A stretch of DNA of 64,000 nucleotides from IMG/VR virus record IMGVR_UViG_3300025696_000001, positions 1-64,000 of that record, one strand, 5' to 3'. The position numbers and the translations under genes were made by a program. Origin of the DNA: a virus. The notes below the pieces were generated by a model, which was not told the DNA's origin, made no database searches, and saw nothing but the letters and a program-made list of their open reading frames with translations. This document shows positions 19,201 to 28,261 of the stretch, piece by piece (position 1 is the stretch's first letter; every line of letters begins with the position of its first letter).

Positions 19201-20974
19201 AGATATGATGAATAATCAATCTAACGATGCAGTAGCTGATATAGAAAAAAGAAGACAAGAAGAGTTAAAAAATTCTAAAAAGAGAATCATATCCAACACA
19301 CCTATAAACGAGTATGATAATATAGATTTATCTGGTTATGTTCAAATAGGAATGACTTTGACAGAAGAACAAAAAAATCAAGGTTTAGCGGATGATATAG
19401 AACTATTTGTAGAAAATAACAACCATCAAACTGTTGAAGACTATGAAGAGTATAAAAAAACTCAAGGGCATACTTATTGGAATTATTCTTATATAAATAA
19501 TAGAAAAGCTTTAAAACAAGGTGTAAATCTTTATAGTAAATTAAAGAAAAATAAAGATAAAATTAACGCTAAATATGATTCCGAATTAGAAGAAGCTAAA
19601 TTTTTAAATAGATCTGATACAAAACAAAATCTAACAGATCAACAAAAAGAATTTTTATATGATTATCTACCTATTAAGGTTAATGTAAAGAATGGTGGAT
19701 TTAGTCATTTATTCTTTAAAGGATATAATGTGGCATTACCTAGTTCTCAAAAAGCAATTAGAAAAAATATTATTGATAAAATGCTTAAAGGTGAAACACC
19801 TAAAAGTAAAATAATGTTTCAAAAACCAGGTATGATACAACTGGATAGAACTAGTGATGGGTCTTTTGCTACCAATAAAGTTTTTGATACTGACGGTAAC
19901 AGTAATTTAGTAGGTGGTAAAAATATAGCAGAAACTACCATTATGTTTTCAAATGCTACAGGTTATCTTGTAGATTATAACAATAAAAACGTTGGTAATT
20001 TTGGAACTGTTAAAAATGCAGGTCAGATATTTATAGAAATACCAATGGCTAACGGTACAGTTATACCTCTTAAACTTAACCAAAGACGTATCAATTCAAT
20101 AGAAGCTGAAATATTGTTTAAAATAGTTAAGTCAATGATAGACCCTTCTATTAAATTATCATATAAAGATAATTTGGAAAAGTTAAAAGAAAGTGTTACC
20201 TTTACACAAAATGAACTAGATTATATAGAAACAGAAGTTAAAGCATTGGGTAAAAAAGTTAAAACAATCTCTGTAAGTGGTATAATGAATAATTTTGTAT
20301 TTAAGGGTAACACTGATGTAAATACTTTTGAAGTTGATGGTTCATACCTTAGAATGGCTGATAAAGCTATTGCTTCAGATAATATGGATGCTTCCAAAGA
20401 AGAAATTATAGAATGGCTTACTACAGAAAAGAATAGACAGATAACCAAGAAAGCAGTAGCTTTGAAATCTTATAAAAAGCATTTGTTTAATACTGTTCTT
20501 ACTACAGATGCTGTATTGGGTAAACCTTTATTTTCAGAAAAAACATCTCTATACATAGATCCTAATTTAGGAGAAGATCCATTATTGGTACAAATAGAAC
20601 GAGCAGAAAAGAAAATTACTGAAAGAAAAGAAAAGTCACCTAAAAGTACTTTACAAGATATTAAAGACAAGAAAAAATCTGAAGTAATTAAAGATCAAAT
20701 TAATAATTCAAGTACTAAAGAAGAAGATGTAAATAGTATGACTGATGAAGAAGCTATGTTCTTAGGATTAGTTGAAGAAACAAGAAGTGAAGATAATACG
20801 GTTAAAAAGGAATCTGTTAATGACACTAAAGAAACTGAACCTGAAAGCTTGGAAGAAAAAGTAAAACTTAATGTTGATTTAAGTAATACATCTTCAGTAG
20901 GTCTTGCAGCAGCTTTACTTGCAAAGTTAAATGAGAATAAACCAAAAGACAATCCTTCTAAGGAAGAATGTTAA
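16277..20974 (+). CDS. Giant virion protein (1565 aa) with a central K/E coiled-coil region
   Basis: Uninterrupted 4.7-kb ORF. Gly/Ala-rich hydrophobic segment near the N-terminus (GRVGAKVAAEVAKMPGMVGGLIASPF). K/E low-complexity stretch at about 18.45-18.65 kb. Confidence 0.6.
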   Translation: MNKNLKHLNAVVTKATTSPNNNLPDPIKQKNIGSMLSKLNGVDIDSAQKSKNIGTEYNEDFIDEDWLSYTDSSINLDELRAQRQSNFSKTMSGLGRVGAKVAAEVAKMPGMVGGLIASPFSKAPAVETIFNNAWINSIEDANEYVNNEYLPVYIKDSVKNGNIIDNLTSIDFWATEGADGVGYIASMFVPGAVLKGLGAGKVAMKGLSKASKGMFKTADSAQDALKAIGATENNLNAFNATIANTFFEAGAEAGGAMDAYEQGQLQKLQSGEITQEQFDKNLETKADIGRNIFWSNVGILVGPNMITNKILYGAKKGKLGIDAFKDEAGKFSINSVKKGVKKKTLDYTGEFAKGFVREGFWEEAMQSSVEHMFLENANGNDIGLFDSYIHTLTSVEGQKAIALGGLLGGPMNVYGKYSQDKATDAKRKAIAPHMENMIELFTMSPSQIFDVDQETGKRTIKPKYAIKYGEEIKKVEEIESFYDKIQAYKEKNGGKLPANIKAVADARENKFISAMILPFITEGEQGIQILKKALEANEDIQKKVDETNEILDIKETKGERVAKIVKQAEQMQDDYSKSSEYLKFFTPVNRKGANQQDLDSFYNQMNMLETVTKQNKRFLEENKIKIEQEVSNIEFESLKKFQNKTTISKNKYNKIFKGLRGTNKKQFTDYQQENDGFNSQESFLEWYKNQNDGVIYKNKIEEIESISNALSQQYDILETLYDKKELQKAFDYKVSKENQQQEELKEKEAEAAKQEAEAKENIEEEIITEDNKAKKVEENKQTAAKKKKVFKEINDNNKAYDYFMSIFKSSSINTQTEPIDSVMVSILNNLNLDLNGIENDNIITYRKNDDNSIEVEIMNSGYKSIDKAVIEKREIKEETPTVNKEEDTVDNTTNDNLDEGSSETNKDISNSINNEPQVKNLDGSILHSKLVDSKDNEFADEAFFAYSETPRDKKGEEVTFKLGVPGNNTKAQEALDMMNNQSNDAVADIEKRRQEELKNSKKRIISNTPINEYDNIDLSGYVQIGMTLTEEQKNQGLADDIELFVENNNHQTVEDYEEYKKTQGHTYWNYSYINNRKALKQGVNLYSKLKKNKDKINAKYDSELEEAKFLNRSDTKQNLTDQQKEFLYDYLPIKVNVKNGGFSHLFFKGYNVALPSSQKAIRKNIIDKMLKGETPKSKIMFQKPGMIQLDRTSDGSFATNKVFDTDGNSNLVGGKNIAETTIMFSNATGYLVDYNNKNVGNFGTVKNAGQIFIEIPMANGTVIPLKLNQRRINSIEAEILFKIVKSMIDPSIKLSYKDNLEKLKESVTFTQNELDYIETEVKALGKKVKTISVSGIMNNFVFKGNTDVNTFEVDGSYLRMADKAIASDNMDASKEEIIEWLTTEKNRQITKKAVALKSYKKHLFNTVLTTDAVLGKPLFSEKTSLYIDPNLGEDPLLVQIERAEKKITERKEKSPKSTLQDIKDKKKSEVIKDQINNSSTKEEDVNSMTDEEAMFLGLVEETRSEDNTVKKESVNDTKETEPESLEEKVKLNVDLSNTSSVGLAAALLAKLNENKPKDNPSKEEC

Positions 20975-20986
20975 TAAAAATATAAT

Positions 20987-23900
20987 ATGAGTTGTAAAAA
21001 TACAATAATATACAAACAATTACTTGATGTTTATAAAGAAGAGAAATTAGCCAAAGAAAGATATGATTGGTTGACTTCACCTAAATTCTTGCAGTTATTC
21101 GGAGATTGGACAGAAGGAGAAAACAGAGAAATTGATCCTAGTTCAAATAGAACCAATAACGATGAAGATAATACTCCCAGACTCTTTAGTGAATCCAAGA
21201 TGGGTAAGACCATTAATTATTTTCTTGACCGTTATGAGAATAGAATTGATGTAACACCACGTAATTTTGAATATCTTAATATAGAAAATAGAACTACTAA
21301 AATCAATGAAGTAGTTAATAGTATATCCAATATTATATTTCTTGAAAATATTAAAGAAAATTTCAATGATCTCAGTCTTATAGAGAATATAGATATTGAT
21401 TCTTATATAGATTCATTTTTAAACAATCTTGAGAAAAGGGAATTAGAAGGTGATGCCAATGATATTAAACAGCTAAAAAACCTTAGTGAAGAGGTTCTTC
21501 AAACTGTTGGTTATAGTAAAGAAAAAGTTCAAGTACTTGAAATGATGTCTGATGAAAGACTTAGAATCATTAATGGTCTAAGAAAGGGTAAATTAGAACT
21601 TAAAGAAGAGATTAAAAACTTTTTCAGAAATAAAGGTCTTGATATAAACGATCAAGTCGATACTTTAGATAGTGAAGATCTAGATGATAATAGTGATAGG
21701 GGAGAAAAAGAAAATTCAGTAGAGCAAAATACAAAAGATAAGGCTTCTACCAATGTTAAGCTTATGCTTTCTTTTATACCGAGCTATGAAACAAATCCTT
21801 CATTTGGTGCTAATATACAAAGTAATAGGTTTCAAGAGTCCAGTACATCCACATTTAGTTCTCAAAAACTAATGTCAGGAGATATAGTACATGAAAATCT
21901 ACTTAAGGATCTTGCTGATATAGTAACTTTAAAAGTACCTACCGGCGTCACTGATTTGTTTGAATCAATGAAGGCTATACTTGCTGAAAATCAATATAAC
22001 AAACCTTATTATAAGGATGTATTACAGATAGTAAATAGTGTAGATCAAAATAAACAAAATGAGTTTGTATCAGCAATGATGCATTCTCGTTATTCTCATT
22101 TGGTTTCTGAAAATGATTTAGTTGATAATGTATTTAAAACATTTGACGCAGCTAAACAAACAAGTATAGAATCTAAAATTACTAAAAACTGGCAAGAAAG
22201 ATTTAATGCCAAATTTTTTAATGATGAAAGTAAGCTTGACACTAGTGAAATAGATTATTTATATACTTATTCAAAAAAGACAAAAAATATTGTTGATACT
22301 ATATTTTCGACAGGTTCAAAATTAGATGAATTAACAGATGATCAATTTGCAAATAAAATTGTTAGAGCTTTATTTAGAGGTGAACATAATATATTAGGTG
22401 TATTTAAACAGATGGGTATTGAAAATATTACATCCAATGTTATATATTCCCAGATATTTAATGTGGAGCCAGATTTGAATACTATTGATTTTAGAAAAGC
22501 AGTTAAGACAAATATACAAAACCTTAATGATAGTATAATTAAGAGTGTTAATGATCTTAGATCTAATAAGAACAATGATAACTATAAATTTATTGATAAC
22601 AATAAATCATGGTTATTCAATGATTTAGCTGTTTATACTGCAATGTCTGAAAATGATATTAAGGATTCTACAGTATATAGTATGAATAAGATGTTTTGGT
22701 CGTATGGTAATCCATCATATATATCAAACATGGTATCTATATTTAAACAAGATCCCAATAGTCTTAGAGAACTAAAAAAAGATCCTATCAATAAACATAG
22801 TCTTTGGGTTGATTATTTACTTGCTGAAGAAACAGACGATCAAGGTGAGTACTTAATGTATAAAGATGATAGAGAAAAAGAATCAGCTAAGAGGCTAGAT
22901 GAATTCTTTGTTGGTAGAATGTTACAATATCAAACCAAGCAAAATATATCTGAAGCAACTGACAATAAAAAAATTAGTCCAGTAGATCAAACAATAGATA
23001 GGGTAAATAAAGTAATGAAGGGTGGTGTTAAGAACGCAGCTGGAACACTTACTAAGTCTACACCATCTATATATGCTACAATAGTTCCCGCAGATAAATC
23101 AACTTCTTTTGAGATTTCAATAAACCATTTCATAGATGAAACAATGGAGTCTATGGAAAATGTTGACAATATTCAGTTTTCAAATAAAGTTAAAAATATA
23201 TTATTTAATTATTTTACTGATGAATACAGTAGAATGGTTAATGCATATAAAGTTATTCAAGAATTTGAGGCATTACCAGAAGAAGAAAAACCAGAGGCTT
23301 TTAAAAACCTGAATGTTCATTATCATGTTAATCCAAAAGGAATTAATATAGATCCCAACAACTATAGAAATAATACTTATGGTATAAGAAAGGATAATAA
23401 AAAAGACGGTGAGTTATTAGGTCAAGCTTTTGTATCTCAAATAATGACTGATATTAATTATAATAGTCTTAATAATGCATTGGCTAAAGGTAATATTTTT
23501 AGAAATGATAATTCTCCTAAATTTCCGCAAGGTTTAAACAAAGACCAAGAAAAAGTAATTAAAGATAAAATTAATTCAATGTTACAACAAAGAGTTGTTG
23601 ATAACGTTGGTAAATTAATGGCTCAAGGTATAATCAAAAAAGATAAAAATGGTTATACAATGAATACAATTGATAAAGATGTGAAAAAAACATATAATGC
23701 TGAGAATGGTAATTTTACCCAACCTTCATTATATCATTTAGTATCTGATTACACCATAAATACAATCATAGCAAATGTAGAATATACCAAACTGTTTACT
23801 GGTGATCCTGCATACTATAAAAATATGGTTGATTTCTTTAAGCGTGTACCTGCTACTTACACAGATGGTACTCAGCTTAGGCTCGGTATTGAGGGAACAA

Positions 23901-26900
23901 ACGATGCTACTTTTAATATGGTTGTAGTTGAAAATCAAATAGTAGGTTCCAATTTTTATAATGAGCTTAAGGATTCATTAAAGTTAACAAATAGTGATAT
24001 AACAGAAGAAGAAATAAATGACATAATAGGAGCCTATGAAAATGGTATCAACCAAACAGATGCTCAAGCTTGGATAACACCAAATAGATGGAAGTTTATA
24101 TTGGAAAGAACAGGTAAATGGTCAAAAGCCCATGATGTAGTATATGATAAAATGCTTGAAAAGAATACAGAACCTTTTACTGCAAAGGAACTTAAGCTTT
24201 CAGCACAACCTCTTAAGGGTGTTTATTTTGGTGTAGTTCAGGGAGTACCTACTTATATGAAATATTCTCAAGCCGTATTATCACCAATGCTTGTAAAAGG
24301 ATCCAAACTTCAGACTCTTTATGATGCTATGGAAAAGCAGAATATAGATGAAGCTGTAACATTGGATGGAGTTAAGGTTGGAGCTAAAGTACCTACAAAT
24401 ATATCAAGAGATAATATAGACTTTAATATTCAACGTTTAAATAACTCTGAATGGAAACTTCAACAGGATCTTCCTGTTAAGTTAATGAAGCAAACACTTT
24501 TGGGTAGTCAAATACAGAAAAACATATATTCTACCATTCAATTGGATGAACAGTATGATATAGAAGGTACAACCATGACTGGTTCAGAAATGATATTACA
24601 TATTAACGATATCATTTCTACAATGTCTAATAAAGCTATTGATAACCTTAGTGTAACTCTGGGTATGGATAACAATGGTAAAATAGATAAAGATCAGTTA
24701 TATAAGATAGCAGAGGATGAAATAAATGATAACCCAGACCAATATACAAATAATGTAAAAGATGCTATTAGAAAGCAGATTCCATTTGAGGCTATACCAG
24801 GTCTTAAGGATAAAATCTACTCTATTGTATTTTCAAAAATAAGAAAGTCTGCAAGTAACATAAAAACCAATGGTGGATCATTTATACAAATGTCCAATTA
24901 TGGTCTTGATCAGGTAACTGCAGATGAAGCTGGTGTTACATGGTTAGTAGAACCTAATGAACTTAGACCACCTACTTTATATCAAGATAAGGATGGTAAT
25001 ATAAAACAACGTCCTGGTCAGATATTTATATCTCACTCTGACATTGCTAAAGCTATTCCTAACTATAGAGAATTAGCTAAAAAAGGTAAACTTAAAAGTA
25101 TGTTAGACAATGACATACTTAAAGCTATTGGATACCGTATACCAAACCAAGGGATGAGTTCTAATGACGCTTTGGATATAGTTGGTATATTACCTCCATA
25201 TATGAATGATACTATTGTAGCATACACTGAAATCACTACTAAGACAGGTTCTGACTTTGATATTGATAAGATGTATGTAATGTTACCTGAAATAAAGACA
25301 TTATACAACAAAAGAACATATGGACAAGCTAAAAAATATTTAAATAGTATATTAAGAAATGATGATGTAGATTTAAATAACGTAGATTCATTAAATGAAT
25401 TTTATGAAGATTTACTTGAACAAACAGGTATTGAGTTAAATACTGAAGAACTTACAAAATTATTATTATCATCTGATGAATATTTGGTGTCAGATAACTA
25501 TTTTCAAATTATAGTAGATAATATAGTTAAAGGTGATTCTATATTATCAGAAAAGTTTGAAGAACAGTATGAAATAGGTGAAATTAATAAAATAGTAAAA
25601 ACAAAATCCAACAAAGATTCAAAAGCAGGTATGAACAATATGCTCTTTGATGCTTATTGGTCTATACTTACTAATAAATCTACTTACACAGATTTAATTA
25701 AGCCAATTGATTTTGATTATTTACAAAATCATATTAAGTCACTTAATGAAACTCAGGATCTAAATGAAAACTTTAAATTTTATGATGGTCTTTATCAGTT
25801 ACAATTAAAGAATACATATACATTGGGTAAATCAGGTGTTGGTATATCAGCTAATCATGCTGTTGATCATAATATATCCAAAAATGGTGTAAATCTTACT
25901 TTTAATGGCTATTATTTAGGTGTAGGTTTTGAAAATAGTATGGGTGAAACTGTGTTTGATAGAAATCCAAGTACAATGTCGTCTAATTCTGTTGAATTAA
26001 CAACTGAAGAAGCTAAAGAAGCTGCAGAAAGAATCAATAAAGGTAGAAAACAAGAAGATAAAGTAAACTACAAGACTTTAAAATCATTTAAAATTGGAGA
26101 TACCATATCTGCATTTATGAATGCTTTTGTTGATAATGCAAAAGATCCTTATATAGAAAAAGGTAATTATGATACATATACTTCAGCAGTTGCATTTATG
26201 CTTACTAGAGCTGGTGTTCATCCATATTGGACTGATGCTTTTATTGGTCAACCTATATTAAAAGAACTTACTGCTTATATTAAAGATTATGAATCTCAAT
26301 CTATAGAAAAGAATCCAGCGTTTAAAGGAATGTCTGGTTTTGATATTATATTGGCTAGAGAAGTATCAGAACTAATCAATAACAAAAGTAAGTCAGCTAT
26401 AAACAAAAAATTAGCTGATATTAAAAAGCGTAAATTAGAAGTTTATACATACAGTGATCTTATTAATACTTATGATAATGATAGTAGTAATGAAAAGAAT
26501 ATTCAAATACTTCTTAAATTTAAAGAATTTCAAGATCAGGCTAAAAAATTAGATGCATCTGTTAATCTTTCTAGATTTGATACATTAGGCTCAGGTAGAA
26601 ATTTTGTAGATATGTTGGTATATAGAAATAATCTTCTTAATATACTTAACAAACAAAGTGAAAAAAATGAAATTAGAAACCACTATAACAAGTATATAAA
26701 AAATGGTGTATATACATCACTTGGTACACAGCTTAATAATTCTGTAATTTATGCAAATGATCTATTGGAAGATAACTCACAGATATTTTTAAGTGCTAAT
26801 AGTTCTTTTTTAAATGTTATCAACAACATATCGATGAATACAGCATCATCTTATGGTGGTTCTATGGGTAGATCTACCAATAAAGATATGATAGGTAAGA

Positions 26901-28252
26901 TAAGTAAAGATATCTACACTGCATTTATGTCTAAATATCCTTTGTTTCAAGTAGAAGAAAACCCATTGGTATTTATTAAAAAAGTTAAGTCCGACTTATT
27001 TAATTATAAAAATTCACAGGATAAAAAATTTCCAAATGCATTTATAGAAGCTATTACATTTTATGAAAATTCATTTGGTCTTGATATAGGTAGAATACCA
27101 ATTGAAACCAAAAATAACATATCTAATTCATTTTATGATATTTATAGAAAAGATAAAAAACTTGCAAAGAATGTAATTAAAGCATCATTTTTAATGACAG
27201 GATTTAATCAATCATTAATAGATTTTAATGAAATGATTCCTCATGAATTCTTTTTGGAAAACCATAGAATGCCTAATGGTGGATATATGTCAGTACAGGA
27301 ATTTATAAGACAGGAACTTTTAAAAGTAAATAATGCGGCTTATATGTCTTCATTTCATAAAGAGTATGCTCAAAATAATGTAGAAGACAATGTTATAGTT
27401 CCTAGTATTTCTGAAAGTTATCTGCAAAAGATAAAAGGTAGTAAAAATCTTTTCAAAATATCTAATTCTAATATTTTAAGTTCATATAAGCTTGCTGAAC
27501 GACGTAACTATAAAGGTGAGGTAATAGAGGAAGAAACTTCTTATACAGCATTTCTAAAAACAAGTGAACCTATTGTATCTGATGATGAAATGGATTATCT
27601 AGCTGCTTTTGATGATTTTATAGAAGAAGAAGTTTATAATCCACTATTGTTTGAATATATGGGTAATATAGAAGAAAATGGAGAGATTTCACCATTATAC
27701 AAACGTATTGAAAAGAAAGGATATAGAGATAGAACTTCTAAAGTTCATTATAAAGAATATAATGTAGAAGAAAGTAAGTTTAGAGATAATAGAGAATCAG
27801 TAATTGAAGGCAACGACAATCTTGATAAACTACCTTCTCAATACACTTTATATGAAAATTATAAACTAGCTGAATATGGTGAAAAAGAATCTTACAGAGG
27901 TAGTGAAGGACTTAAAAGATATATATCAGAATTAAATAGAAATGAATCTGAAGAAACTAGTGTATCTGAAGAAAATGTTGTATCTTTACAAAATGAAGAT
28001 ATATATGTATCATCTATACATGATAAAATAGATGGAAATGCTTATAACATAGCTTTAGAATATAAAGGAGTAGAATATGATATGGTTATATCTAGAGATG
28101 GTGAGATTATAGATCCTACTTATGTAGAAGGAACTAAAGAAAAAAATGCTGATCCTAGAATGTTTAAAATATCTAAAGAAAAATTAAATAGTATATTTAA
28201 ACAATTAGATACTTTTGAACAAGAATCAAATAACCCATTAGACTGTAATTAA
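20987..28252 (+). CDS. crAss-like virion-packaged DNA-dependent RNA polymerase (2421 aa)
   Basis: Size and position match crAss-like giants. The metal-binding loop KTGSDFDIDKMYV (DFDID at 25253-25267, in frame) matches the DxDxD catalytic loop of two-barrel RNAPs described for crAss-like phages. Confidence 0.7.
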   Translation: MSCKNTIIYKQLLDVYKEEKLAKERYDWLTSPKFLQLFGDWTEGENREIDPSSNRTNNDEDNTPRLFSESKMGKTINYFLDRYENRIDVTPRNFEYLNIENRTTKINEVVNSISNIIFLENIKENFNDLSLIENIDIDSYIDSFLNNLEKRELEGDANDIKQLKNLSEEVLQTVGYSKEKVQVLEMMSDERLRIINGLRKGKLELKEEIKNFFRNKGLDINDQVDTLDSEDLDDNSDRGEKENSVEQNTKDKASTNVKLMLSFIPSYETNPSFGANIQSNRFQESSTSTFSSQKLMSGDIVHENLLKDLADIVTLKVPTGVTDLFESMKAILAENQYNKPYYKDVLQIVNSVDQNKQNEFVSAMMHSRYSHLVSENDLVDNVFKTFDAAKQTSIESKITKNWQERFNAKFFNDESKLDTSEIDYLYTYSKKTKNIVDTIFSTGSKLDELTDDQFANKIVRALFRGEHNILGVFKQMGIENITSNVIYSQIFNVEPDLNTIDFRKAVKTNIQNLNDSIIKSVNDLRSNKNNDNYKFIDNNKSWLFNDLAVYTAMSENDIKDSTVYSMNKMFWSYGNPSYISNMVSIFKQDPNSLRELKKDPINKHSLWVDYLLAEETDDQGEYLMYKDDREKESAKRLDEFFVGRMLQYQTKQNISEATDNKKISPVDQTIDRVNKVMKGGVKNAAGTLTKSTPSIYATIVPADKSTSFEISINHFIDETMESMENVDNIQFSNKVKNILFNYFTDEYSRMVNAYKVIQEFEALPEEEKPEAFKNLNVHYHVNPKGINIDPNNYRNNTYGIRKDNKKDGELLGQAFVSQIMTDINYNSLNNALAKGNIFRNDNSPKFPQGLNKDQEKVIKDKINSMLQQRVVDNVGKLMAQGIIKKDKNGYTMNTIDKDVKKTYNAENGNFTQPSLYHLVSDYTINTIIANVEYTKLFTGDPAYYKNMVDFFKRVPATYTDGTQLRLGIEGTNDATFNMVVVENQIVGSNFYNELKDSLKLTNSDITEEEINDIIGAYENGINQTDAQAWITPNRWKFILERTGKWSKAHDVVYDKMLEKNTEPFTAKELKLSAQPLKGVYFGVVQGVPTYMKYSQAVLSPMLVKGSKLQTLYDAMEKQNIDEAVTLDGVKVGAKVPTNISRDNIDFNIQRLNNSEWKLQQDLPVKLMKQTLLGSQIQKNIYSTIQLDEQYDIEGTTMTGSEMILHINDIISTMSNKAIDNLSVTLGMDNNGKIDKDQLYKIAEDEINDNPDQYTNNVKDAIRKQIPFEAIPGLKDKIYSIVFSKIRKSASNIKTNGGSFIQMSNYGLDQVTADEAGVTWLVEPNELRPPTLYQDKDGNIKQRPGQIFISHSDIAKAIPNYRELAKKGKLKSMLDNDILKAIGYRIPNQGMSSNDALDIVGILPPYMNDTIVAYTEITTKTGSDFDIDKMYVMLPEIKTLYNKRTYGQAKKYLNSILRNDDVDLNNVDSLNEFYEDLLEQTGIELNTEELTKLLLSSDEYLVSDNYFQIIVDNIVKGDSILSEKFEEQYEIGEINKIVKTKSNKDSKAGMNNMLFDAYWSILTNKSTYTDLIKPIDFDYLQNHIKSLNETQDLNENFKFYDGLYQLQLKNTYTLGKSGVGISANHAVDHNISKNGVNLTFNGYYLGVGFENSMGETVFDRNPSTMSSNSVELTTEEAKEAAERINKGRKQEDKVNYKTLKSFKIGDTISAFMNAFVDNAKDPYIEKGNYDTYTSAVAFMLTRAGVHPYWTDAFIGQPILKELTAYIKDYESQSIEKNPAFKGMSGFDIILAREVSELINNKSKSAINKKLADIKKRKLEVYTYSDLINTYDNDSSNEKNIQILLKFKEFQDQAKKLDASVNLSRFDTLGSGRNFVDMLVYRNNLLNILNKQSEKNEIRNHYNKYIKNGVYTSLGTQLNNSVIYANDLLEDNSQIFLSANSSFLNVINNISMNTASSYGGSMGRSTNKDMIGKISKDIYTAFMSKYPLFQVEENPLVFIKKVKSDLFNYKNSQDKKFPNAFIEAITFYENSFGLDIGRIPIETKNNISNSFYDIYRKDKKLAKNVIKASFLMTGFNQSLIDFNEMIPHEFFLENHRMPNGGYMSVQEFIRQELLKVNNAAYMSSFHKEYAQNNVEDNVIVPSISESYLQKIKGSKNLFKISNSNILSSYKLAERRNYKGEVIEEETSYTAFLKTSEPIVSDDEMDYLAAFDDFIEEEVYNPLLFEYMGNIEENGEISPLYKRIEKKGYRDRTSKVHYKEYNVEESKFRDNRESVIEGNDNLDKLPSQYTLYENYKLAEYGEKESYRGSEGLKRYISELNRNESEETSVSEENVVSLQNEDIYVSSIHDKIDGNAYNIALEYKGVEYDMVISRDGEIIDPTYVEGTKEKNADPRMFKISKEKLNSIFKQLDTFEQESNNPLDCN

Positions 28253-28261
28253 AATAATAAT

